Assembly: GCA_012520515.1 (NCBI GenBank)
Contig: JAAYOD010000031.1
Span: 4,327 to 68,326 of the forward strand
Reading direction: 5' to 3'
Source: Clostridiales bacterium
GTDB taxonomy: Bacteria > Bacillota > Clostridia > Christensenellales > DTU072
Length of the DNA: 64,000 nt
Position numbers and translations under genes: made by a program. Shown here piece after piece: positions 47,110 through 55,223 of the stretch (its first letter is position 1; the number at the start of each line of letters is the position of its first letter). The notes beneath the pieces were generated by a model. That model ran no database searches. It saw only the letters and a program-made list of their open reading frames with translations, and was not told where the DNA came from.

Positions 47110-48585
47110 CTATAAGAGAATACAAAGTACTCCGCCTTTACCTTCGTTGACAATACGGGATATGGTTTTGCGCAATTTGTTTTGAGCGTCTATGGGCATA
47201 TTGTTGAGCTTATTGTTAAGGTCTTCTTTGACAAGGGAGTTTAGGCTTTTGCCAAACATATTTGTGTCCCAAATGCCTTGCTTATTTGTTTCAAATTCGC
47301 TAAGCAAATATTTTACCAAGTCTTCGCTTTGTTGCTCACTGCCAATAACGGGGCTAAGCTCAGTTTGCACATCCACTCTGACAATATGAAAACTTGGCGC
47401 TGACGCTTTTAATTTTACGCCGTACTGACCTCCTTTTTTAACAAGCTCCGGCTCTTCTAGTTGCATATCTTCAACATTTGGATTTACTACGCCATAGCCA
47501 TCACTCTTTACGCTTTCCATTGCCTTTCTTATACTTTCATAATCGGCATAAGATTGGCTCAATTTTTTAACAAAAGCAAGCAGTTTGTAGTCGTCGTCTA
47601 TATTGTTGTTGCACTCTTCGCTAAGCACCTTGAAGTACAAACCTTCCTTTGCTTTGCAAGTAATCAATATTTCGCCGTTGCTTGCGTCTATGGATAAGTC
47701 TATATCGCTTTCAATATATTCGGAATTAACAAACATATCTAGCATCTTTTCAAAGTCGCACATTTTGCTTGCGTCTTGACCTTTTGCTTTTAAAGCTGCA
47801 ATTATGCTAGCAATTATCTTGTTGTTAATACCAAGCGTGCGCATCCATCTAGGCACATTTATTTTTATACTTGTGATGGGAAACTGGAACAATATATTGT
47901 GCATAATTTCATATAAAGTATCTTTAGTTAAATTTAATACATCGCATAGAATAACTGGCACATTGTGTTTTTTCTCTATGCTTTGCTTTAACGCTTTTGC
48001 TTCTTTTGATGTTGGCTTTCTAGAGTTAAGTACAATAGCAAAGGGCTTTCCTAAATGTTTTAACTCATTAATTACCCTTTCTTCGCTTGCTACATATTTT
48101 TCCCTAGCAATTTCTGTTATCGTGCCGTCCGTTGTCACCAAAATTCCTACGGTAGAATGTTCCTTTATTACCTTAGTCGTGCCTATTTCGGCTGCTTGTT
48201 GAAAAGTTACTTCTTCGTTTAGCCAAGGCGTTTTTACCAGTCTTGACTTTCCGCCTTCCATTTGTCCTAAAGCGTCTTCTACCATATATCCAACGCAATC
48301 AATAAGGCGGACATTGGCAGTCATTCTGTCAAATGTCACGGGTATTGCTTCGTTTGGAACAAATTTTGGCTCAGTAGTCATAATTGTTTTGCCATCTGCC
48401 GATTGCGGCAACTCATCAATAGCTCTTGCAAGCTTGTTTTTATCGGTGATTTTATCCAAAACTAATAGTTCCATAAACCTTTTTATAAATGTGGACTTGC
48501 CCGTTCTCACCGGACCTACTACACCTAAATAAATATCGCCCCCTGTTCTAAGAGCAATGTCGTCATATATGTCGTATCCTAGCAT
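47110..48585 (-). CDS. spoIVA: stage IV sporulation protein A (coat basement-layer ATPase)
   Basis: DIYDDIALRTGGDIYLGVVGPVRTGKSTFIKRFME matches the SpoIVA N-terminus and Walker A, and the length is ~490 aa. The start is taken at ATG MLGYD (48583-48585), 5 nt after GGAGG. Confidence 0.92.
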   Translation of the reverse strand: MLGYDIYDDIALRTGGDIYLGVVGPVRTGKSTFIKRFMELLVLDKITDKNKLARAIDELPQSADGKTIMTTEPKFVPNEAIPVTFDRMTANVRLIDCVGYMVEDALGQMEGGKSRLVKTPWLNEEVTFQQAAEIGTTKVIKEHSTVGILVTTDGTITEIAREKYVASEERVINELKHLGKPFAIVLNSRKPTSKEAKALKQSIEKKHNVPVILCDVLNLTKDTLYEIMHNILFQFPITSIKINVPRWMRTLGINNKIIASIIAALKAKGQDASKMCDFEKMLDMFVNSEYIESDIDLSIDASNGEILITCKAKEGLYFKVLSEECNNNIDDDYKLLAFVKKLSQSYADYESIRKAMESVKSDGYGVVNPNVEDMQLEEPELVKKGGQYGVKLKASAPSFHIVRVDVQTELSPVIGSEQQSEDLVKYLLSEFETNKQGIWDTNMFGKSLNSLVKEDLNNKLNNMPIDAQNKLRKTISRIVNEGKGGVLCILL

Positions 48586-48613
48586 TTTAGCCTCCAAATA
48601 AAGTTTTTACTTT

Positions 48614-48640
48614 AATTTATGATAGCTTTTGCTTAAATAT
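48614..48640 (-). promoter_or_regulatory. candidate sigma-E-type promoter for spoIVA (ATATT-N14-CATAAATT)
   Basis: Minus strand has ATATT (48640-48636), a 14-nt spacer and CATAAATT (48621-48614). This resembles the B. subtilis sigma-E consensus (-35 ATATT-like, 14-nt spacer, -10 CATACA-T). spoIVA is sigma-E dependent in Bacillus. Confidence 0.4.
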
Positions 48641-48658
48641 GCTATTACTTTTGAAAAT

Positions 48659-48690
48659 GAAAAAAAATAGGACAGGTTTATCTGCCCTAT
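48659..48690 (-). terminator. hairpin plus U-run downstream of the aminotransferase gene
   Basis: Stem taggacag (48668-48675) pairs with ctgcccta (48682-48689) at 7 of 8 positions. The A-run at 48659-48667 on + is a U-run on the minus transcript. Confidence 0.5.
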
Positions 48691-48717
48691 AACTATTGAT
48701 ATCGCTTTTTTATCAAA

Positions 48718-49971
48718 TTATGCTAAATGTTTTTCACAAAAAGCTATTTTTGCTGCGCAACAAAATACATCCATAGCTGGATTTAATTCCTCGATTGGCG
48801 GAAAACTTGGCGCAATGCGTAAATTGCTATCATTTGGGTCTTTTCTGTAAGGGAAAGTCGCTCCTGCTCCAGTAAAAACAACTCCTGCTTCTCTTGCAAG
48901 CTCAACTGTGCGTTTTGCTGTGCCTTCAGCAAGGTCTACACTGACAAAATATCCCCCTTTAGGCTCTATCCAAGTGGCAAAATCATATAATTCTTTTTGT
49001 AAACTTTCTAAGACAATTTTGAATTTTGGACGCATAAGTTCTGCGTGTTTTTGCATATGGTTTTTTATATTTTGAGTATTTTTAAAGTAAAGCACATGGG
49101 CTAGCTGTGTTAGTTTATTACTGCCGATTGTTTGTTTGGACATTAAATTAGCAATGCTTTCAATATTATTTTTATTAGCTATAAAGTAGCTTATTCCGCC
49201 TCCTGCAAAGCTAATTTTAGATGTTGAACCAAACATATAAACAATGTCGGAATTATTGAATTTTTTTGCTTCGTTAAGTAAGTTTAATAGCTCTACATCT
49301 TGGCTAAAAGAATGCACCATGTAGGCATTATCCCAGTATATTCTAAAATCCTTTGCTTTAGGCTGTAATTTTGCAAAGCGGGTAACTGTTTGGTCGCTGT
49401 ATACAATACCTTGCGGATTGCTAAATTTAGGCACGCACCAAATACCTTTTATAGACTCATCGCTTGCCACTAACTGTTCCACCATATCCATATCAGGCCC
49501 GTCCTTTGTCATAGGGATATTAATCATTTCTATACCAAAAAGCTCAGTGATAGCAAAGTGTCTATCATAGCCTGGAACAGGGCATAACCACTTTATTTTT
49601 CCTTGTTTGTTAAAGGATATTCCGCCGTTTACTCCAAACTGCATTGCTCTTTGCAAGTTATCATACATTATGTTCAAGCTGGAATTGCCTGATATTATAA
49701 TTTCACTCTCATCAACCTCACAAAGTGATGAAAAAAGTTTTTTTGCTTGAGGCAAGCCATCTAGTAAGCCATAATTTCTACAATCAAAATTATCTATAGA
49801 ATAAGTTATGGAATTTACTATATCTAAAAGACCATTAGATAAGTCTAGTTGCGCTTTGCTGGGCTTTCCCCTACTCATATCTAAATTTAATTTAAGCTTC
49901 TTAAATTCTTCTAAACGGGCTCTTTCAATAAGCAGTATCTCTTGTAACTTTTGTCTATCAAAAAATGTCAT
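48718..49971 (-). CDS. PLP-dependent aminotransferase (class I/II fold)
   Basis: LDMSRGKPSKAQLDLS N-terminal motif and STSKISFAGGG (candidate PLP-Lys), ~417 aa. The substrate cannot be called from sequence alone. Confidence 0.75.
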   Translation of the reverse strand: MTFFDRQKLQEILLIERARLEEFKKLKLNLDMSRGKPSKAQLDLSNGLLDIVNSITYSIDNFDCRNYGLLDGLPQAKKLFSSLCEVDESEIIISGNSSLNIMYDNLQRAMQFGVNGGISFNKQGKIKWLCPVPGYDRHFAITELFGIEMINIPMTKDGPDMDMVEQLVASDESIKGIWCVPKFSNPQGIVYSDQTVTRFAKLQPKAKDFRIYWDNAYMVHSFSQDVELLNLLNEAKKFNNSDIVYMFGSTSKISFAGGGISYFIANKNNIESIANLMSKQTIGSNKLTQLAHVLYFKNTQNIKNHMQKHAELMRPKFKIVLESLQKELYDFATWIEPKGGYFVSVDLAEGTAKRTVELAREAGVVFTGAGATFPYRKDPNDSNLRIAPSFPPIEELNPAMDVFCCAAKIAFCEKHLA

Positions 49972-49977
49972 CTTGGG

Positions 49978-51300
49978 CTAGAATTCTCCTGAGTTTCTAT
50001 TTCGTGTTCTTAATCTTATTGGTGTTCCGCTAAAATCAAATGCTTTACGCAAAGAGTTTTCCAAATATCTTTTGTAAGAAAAATGCATAACTGCTTCATC
50101 GTTTACAAAAAGCACAAATGTCGGCGGATTTGTTGCAGTTTGGGTGGTATAGTATACCTTTAGTTTTTTGCCCTTATGCGTGGGCGGTTCGTTTATGGAC
50201 ATAGCGTCTTGCATAACTTCATTAAGAAGTCCAGTAGATATTCTTTGCGAAGCATTGTCATAGACTTCTTTAAGCCTATTTAGCACTTTATTAGTACGCT
50301 GGCCTGTCAGTGCGCTAATATAAAGCGTCTTAAAATAATCCATAAACTTTAATTCTTCTTTTAAAACGGCATTATATTTATTTATTGTGAAAGTATCCTT
50401 TTCCACAGCATCCCATTTATTTATAACAATTAGTGAAGGCTTACCGCTCTCATGCACCAGTCCACATATCTTTATATCTTGCTCAGTTATTTGTTCTGTT
50501 GCGTCTATAACAATAGCAACAACATCTGCTCTTCTAATTGCGTCTATTGCCCTAACTACGCTATAATACTCCACATCTTCGGTAACTTTGCTTTTGCGCC
50601 GTATGCCAGCCGTATCAACAATTCTATACTTTTGCCCATCTACTTCAAAGGGCGTATCAATGGCATCGCGTGTAGTGCCTGCAATGTCGCTAACTATAAC
50701 TCTTTCAAAGCCCAAAATACAATTTACAAGGGAGGACTTACCAGCATTTGGCTTGCCCACAACTGCAATCTTTATGGCATTTTCTTCTTCTTCAGTTTGA
50801 GTTTTTTCAGGGAAATGTTTTACTATCTCATCTAGCAAATCTCCAAGATTAAGGCTGTTTTCTGCGCTTATTGGTATAGGTTCGCCCAAGCTTAGGCTAT
50901 AAAAATCATAAAAATTTTGATTCTTTTGATTATCTACTTTGTTTACCACAAGCACAATAGGTTTATTTGACTTACGCAAAAAACTTGCTACATCATAGTC
51001 ATCGGGCATTATGCCTGTTTTGCCGTCCACCATAAAAAGTATAACATCGGCAAGGTCAACAGCAAGCTCTGCCTGTTTTTTAATGTGCATCCACATCTGG
51101 TCTTGAGAGTTTATCTCAATACCGCCAGTGTCCACCATGGTAAAATAATGTCCGCACCAATCGGCATCGGCATATATGCGGTCGCGCGTAACTCCAGGCG
51201 TGTTTTCCACAATGCTTATGCGCTTTCCTGCTATTTTGTTAAAAAAGGTGGATTTGCCGACATTAGGTCTACCCACTATTGCCACCAATGGCTTAATCAT
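49978..51300 (-). CDS. der: ribosome biogenesis GTPase Der (EngA), double G-domain
   Basis: Two G domains (GRPNVGKST...DTGG...NKVD and GKPNAGKSS...DTAG...NKWD) plus a KH-like C-terminus. Confidence 0.95.
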   Translation of the reverse strand: MIKPLVAIVGRPNVGKSTFFNKIAGKRISIVENTPGVTRDRIYADADWCGHYFTMVDTGGIEINSQDQMWMHIKKQAELAVDLADVILFMVDGKTGIMPDDYDVASFLRKSNKPIVLVVNKVDNQKNQNFYDFYSLSLGEPIPISAENSLNLGDLLDEIVKHFPEKTQTEEEENAIKIAVVGKPNAGKSSLVNCILGFERVIVSDIAGTTRDAIDTPFEVDGQKYRIVDTAGIRRKSKVTEDVEYYSVVRAIDAIRRADVVAIVIDATEQITEQDIKICGLVHESGKPSLIVINKWDAVEKDTFTINKYNAVLKEELKFMDYFKTLYISALTGQRTNKVLNRLKEVYDNASQRISTGLLNEVMQDAMSINEPPTHKGKKLKVYYTTQTATNPPTFVLFVNDEAVMHFSYKRYLENSLRKAFDFSGTPIRLRTRNRNSGEF

Positions 51301-52588
51301 ATATATAATCTCCGTCTATTATTGCGTACAAAAGCTCATCGCCATTTGGTTCGCAAACTACAATTTCTCTATTTAAAGCTTTGCTTAGGTCATCTATTGA
51401 TTTATTGTCCAAAAATACAGTTTCAAACTCTTTTAACATAACAGAGGGCACTATTAGATAATCTTCGTCAAATTTATTATCACCATAGCTTTTGATAATG
51501 TCAGTAGCTGTAACCAATCCCGTAACGGTCACTGTTTCACCAAAAAATTCATTCTTAACAGGATAAATATTTACATTAACTGTGCCCCATTTGTTTTCTA
51601 TCATTTGTTTAGCTTTTTCCATAGTGTCAACAGCGCTTAGTCCTGTAAATATACCTACATTTTTGATACAGCTTCTTGGAGCAGATTCTAGCGCTTCTTC
51701 AAGCTCATAAAGGAATTTTACTATAAGTCCAACACCGTTTTCTATCTGCTCAAAACCATTATAATATTCGTAGCTTGGCAGTTCCATTTTTGCTATTTGA
51801 TAAAGTTCGTCAGAACAATAAGAAAAAAATTCGTGCTCTATATTATATTCTTCAACCTGTTTTACAGTATATTTTGCCAATTCTTCACTGATAGGCGATA
51901 TATCATATAAGCCTTCTCTAAAGCGTGTAAGTCCTACTGGCACGATGGCAACTGTGGCAACATTGGCTTGCCATAGGTCATCTAAAGTCTTTGTTAAGAT
52001 GGCTTTGTCATTTATTCCTTCAACAAGCACCACTTGCGCGTGAATGCGTATACCGCCATCTGTTAGCCTTTTTATGATATCTAGCTGATTGTCCATAGCC
52101 TTAACGCCTAATATACGCTTTCTAATGTCAGCATCGGTTGCGTGAACGGAAACATACAAAGGAGATAACTTGTAATCAAGTATTCTTTGAATATCTTCTT
52201 CTTGCAAATTGGTACAAGTGATATAGCTGCCACTTATAAAAGACAACCTATAATCATCATCTCTAACATAAAGGGTTTGGCGCAAGTTTTTTGGTAATTG
52301 TTCAACAAAACAGAAAATACAATTATTGTGGCACTCTTTGGGCGTTATTTCTATGCTGTCGTCAAATTCAAGCCCCAAAGTGTAAAAATCGCTTTCTTTT
52401 CTGACTTGCTCCACTCTTTTTTGTCCATCAGCGCCGATTACTTCCAGCTGTACCGAATCTAAGCTGTCCGCATAAATGTAGTCCAAAATATCTACAAAAG
52501 GTCTATCATTAAAGGAAATAATATCTTCCCCTACGCTAACCTGTTCTTTGACTATGCTTTCATCTAAAATGTTAATTATTTTTGCCAT
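51293..52588 (-). CDS. radical SAM protein of the DUF512 type
   Basis: CHNNCIFC (CxxxCxxC) cluster motif, ~430 aa, and the common Clostridial position directly upstream of der. Confidence 0.75.
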   Translation of the reverse strand: MAKIINILDESIVKEQVSVGEDIISFNDRPFVDILDYIYADSLDSVQLEVIGADGQKRVEQVRKESDFYTLGLEFDDSIEITPKECHNNCIFCFVEQLPKNLRQTLYVRDDDYRLSFISGSYITCTNLQEEDIQRILDYKLSPLYVSVHATDADIRKRILGVKAMDNQLDIIKRLTDGGIRIHAQVVLVEGINDKAILTKTLDDLWQANVATVAIVPVGLTRFREGLYDISPISEELAKYTVKQVEEYNIEHEFFSYCSDELYQIAKMELPSYEYYNGFEQIENGVGLIVKFLYELEEALESAPRSCIKNVGIFTGLSAVDTMEKAKQMIENKWGTVNVNIYPVKNEFFGETVTVTGLVTATDIIKSYGDNKFDEDYLIVPSVMLKEFETVFLDNKSIDDLSKALNREIVVCEPNGDELLYAIIDGDYIYD

Positions 52589-52697
52589 ATTGTTATTATC
52601 TTATATTTTTAGCCTGTTGTCAAATTATTCCCTTGTATTTATTAGGTATAATGTTATAATAATGCTAATTACAGCAAAAGTAGTTTTAGGAGATATA

Positions 52698-54359
52698 ATG
52701 CCCAACGATGTCATAACGCTAAATGCCCTTTCAAAAGAGCTAAATGAGCTATTAGAAAATGCGCGTATAGAAAAAATCTATCAGCCTGAAAAAGATGAGA
52801 TAACTTTTGCTATGAGAAAAAATGGCATAGAGCGCACGCTGGTAATAAGCGCAAATTCAACACACCCAAGAATGCATATAACGACAGAAAAAAAGGAAAA
52901 TGCATCTACTGCGCCTGCTTTTTGTATGCTACTTAGAAAACACCTAAACGGCGGTAGTATAACTTCCATAAAGCTATTAAATTGTGACAGAATAATACAG
53001 ATTGCCATAGACGCGCGCAATGAACTTTTTGACACCAATAGCTATTTTTTATTAGCTGAACTTATGGGCAGACAATCAAATATTATCATTACCGATAGCA
53101 ATTATAAGATTTTAGATGCAATAAAGCGTGTGCATTTAGACCAAAATACTGCTAGACATATTTTGCCTAATCTTGCTTATCCTTTTTTGTCCCAACCTAA
53201 AATTAGGTTAGACGATATCAAATCTTTAGGGAAGTTTTTTGCAAATAATGAGCATTTTACTAAAGAAATTCTTATTGCCAATATAGGCGGTATAGGTAAA
53301 GAAACAGCTAAAGAGATATTATCAAGCAATAAACCTTTTAATAAGCTTATAGAACTTTATAATATATATGAAAGTAAGCAATATGCTCCTTGTATTTTGC
53401 ACAAAGGCGATACTGTGGTAGATTATTTTATAACTCCTTATAAAAGCATTAGTGGCGAATATAAAAAAATGCCATCATTAAATCATTGTTTTGATTATTT
53501 TTATAGGATTTATGATAATATAGAGCGTAAAAAAACGCATACAAGAAAATTATATCAACTATTAAAGCGTTTACAAAACAAAAACCAAAACAGAATAAAG
53601 CATTGTAATCTTAAGATAGCTGAAAGCGAAAAAGCTCAACGAATAAATGAAAAAGGTCAGCTTCTTTTGGCAAATATTTATAAGATAAAACAAGGTGACA
53701 AATCTATTGTGTGTTACGATTATTACAATGATGCCGAAGTGGAGATAGAACTTGATGCAAGTCTTTCTCCCAGTCAAAATGTGCAAAAATATTTTAAACG
53801 GTACGCAAAACTAAAAAGAGCAAAGGAAATTGCTGAAGGCCAAATAAAGCCGTTATATGTTCAAAAAGAATACCTTAGCAGTATTGAATCTAGTATAGAG
53901 AATTGTCAAACCAAACAAGAGTTTGATGAAATCTTGCATGAGCTTGAGAATTTAAGCGGTATTAATAATAAAAAACCTGCAAAAAAGAAAATCAAACCAT
54001 CACAGCCTATGCACATAAAAATAGACGGCTTTGATGTTTTTATAGGCAAAAACAGCAGGCAAAATGTGGAGGTTACGTTTAAAATAGCAAGTAGTAATGA
54101 TTTATGGCTACACACAAAAAATTATCATGGAAGTCATGTCATAATTAAGGGCAATCCTAAAAAAGACACCTTAGTTAAAGCGGCCGCAATAGCCGCATAT
54201 TATAGCGCAGGTAGGTCAAGCGATAAAGTAGAAGTAGATTATACTCTTAGAAAATATGTCAAAAAAATAGCTAATTCTTATATGGGGCTAGTGACTTATA
54301 TAAATTACAAAACTATTGTGGTAAAGCCAAAACAACCTGACGAATTACAGCAATATTAA
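52698..54359 (+). CDS. rqcH: ribosome quality control protein RqcH (NFACT family; FbpA-like)
   Basis: N-terminus MPNDVITLNALSKELNELLENARIEKIYQPEKDEITF, a long coiled-coil middle, and an NFACT-R motif GKNSRQNVEVTFKIASSNDLWLHTKNYHGSHVII. The start is taken at ATG 52698 (AGGAG SD). The 50-codon upstream extension in the ORF track overlaps the divergent gene. Confidence 0.85.
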   Translation: MPNDVITLNALSKELNELLENARIEKIYQPEKDEITFAMRKNGIERTLVISANSTHPRMHITTEKKENASTAPAFCMLLRKHLNGGSITSIKLLNCDRIIQIAIDARNELFDTNSYFLLAELMGRQSNIIITDSNYKILDAIKRVHLDQNTARHILPNLAYPFLSQPKIRLDDIKSLGKFFANNEHFTKEILIANIGGIGKETAKEILSSNKPFNKLIELYNIYESKQYAPCILHKGDTVVDYFITPYKSISGEYKKMPSLNHCFDYFYRIYDNIERKKTHTRKLYQLLKRLQNKNQNRIKHCNLKIAESEKAQRINEKGQLLLANIYKIKQGDKSIVCYDYYNDAEVEIELDASLSPSQNVQKYFKRYAKLKRAKEIAEGQIKPLYVQKEYLSSIESSIENCQTKQEFDEILHELENLSGINNKKPAKKKIKPSQPMHIKIDGFDVFIGKNSRQNVEVTFKIASSNDLWLHTKNYHGSHVIIKGNPKKDTLVKAAAIAAYYSAGRSSDKVEVDYTLRKYVKKIANSYMGLVTYINYKTIVVKPKQPDELQQY

Positions 54360-55210
54360 AAAGTCATATAAGCAGAACTTCCGCATGGCAAGGTTATTCC
54401 GTCACAGCCTAAAATACCTATTTCATCAGCGTCTACTTGATGTTTCAAATAGTTAAAGTTTATATCCAAAATGTTTTTCATAACAGTTGGTTGCAAACCT
54501 GTTGTATATGAATTTACAAGATAAAACAGCGGCTTGTCGCTCAATATTTTTGTTGTAGCCTTGACTAGCTTAAAAATGCTATTTTCTATCTTCCACATTT
54601 GTCCGCCAGCTCCCCTGCCATAGCTTGGCGGGTCCATAATGATAGCATCATAGGTGTTGCCTCGTCTTGCTTCCCTTTCTACAAATTTTAAACAGTCGTC
54701 TACAATAAATCTAGCTTTTGTTTGATTAAGATTATTAATTTGCACATTTCTCTTTGCCATTTCGCACATTGATTTTGCCGCATCCACATGACAAACACTT
54801 GCTCCAGCCCATAGGCAAGCCACAGTTGCTCCGCCCGTATAGGCAAAGAGATTAAGGACTTTTATAGGACGGTTAGCGCTTTTGATGCTATCTATCATTC
54901 TCGCCCAATTTACAGCTTGCTCAGGGAATATTCCTATATGCTTAAAGCCCATAAGCTTTAACTCAAACTTTAGTTGACGCCAATTTATATTAAAAGTATC
55001 GGGAATAGTGTTGTTAAATTGCCATTTTCCGCCGTTTTGCTTTCTTACATAGCATGCATCTAGGTTATGATACTCCGACAATGTGTAGGGCGGTTCCCAA
55101 ATAACTACGGGGTCAGGCCGCAAAAGAGTGTATTTGCCAAATGTTTCTAGTTTTTCTCCTGTGCCTGTTGCGATTAGTTTATAGTCTTTCCATTCTGTAT
55201 TTGCTTTCAT
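54356..55210 (-). CDS. class I SAM-dependent methyltransferase (RlmI/RlmK-like RNA methyltransferase core)
   Basis: SAM-binding VLNLFAYTGGATVA and catalytic IIMDPPSYGRG motifs. No PUA domain is present. Confidence 0.75.
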   Translation of the reverse strand: MKANTEWKDYKLIATGTGEKLETFGKYTLLRPDPVVIWEPPYTLSEYHNLDACYVRKQNGGKWQFNNTIPDTFNINWRQLKFELKLMGFKHIGIFPEQAVNWARMIDSIKSANRPIKVLNLFAYTGGATVACLWAGASVCHVDAAKSMCEMAKRNVQINNLNQTKARFIVDDCLKFVEREARRGNTYDAIIMDPPSYGRGAGGQMWKIENSIFKLVKATTKILSDKPLFYLVNSYTTGLQPTVMKNILDINFNYLKHQVDADEIGILGCDGITLPCGSSAYMTF

Positions 55211-55223
55211 TTATAAAAATTCC

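Noticed and set aside
52548-52697. 50-codon N-terminal extension of the rqcH ORF (MTMLSSKMLIIF...)
   Set aside because: It overlaps the 5' end of the divergent radical SAM gene and the intergenic promoter region. A good AGGAG SD precedes the ATG at 52698, which gives the canonical NFACT N-terminus.
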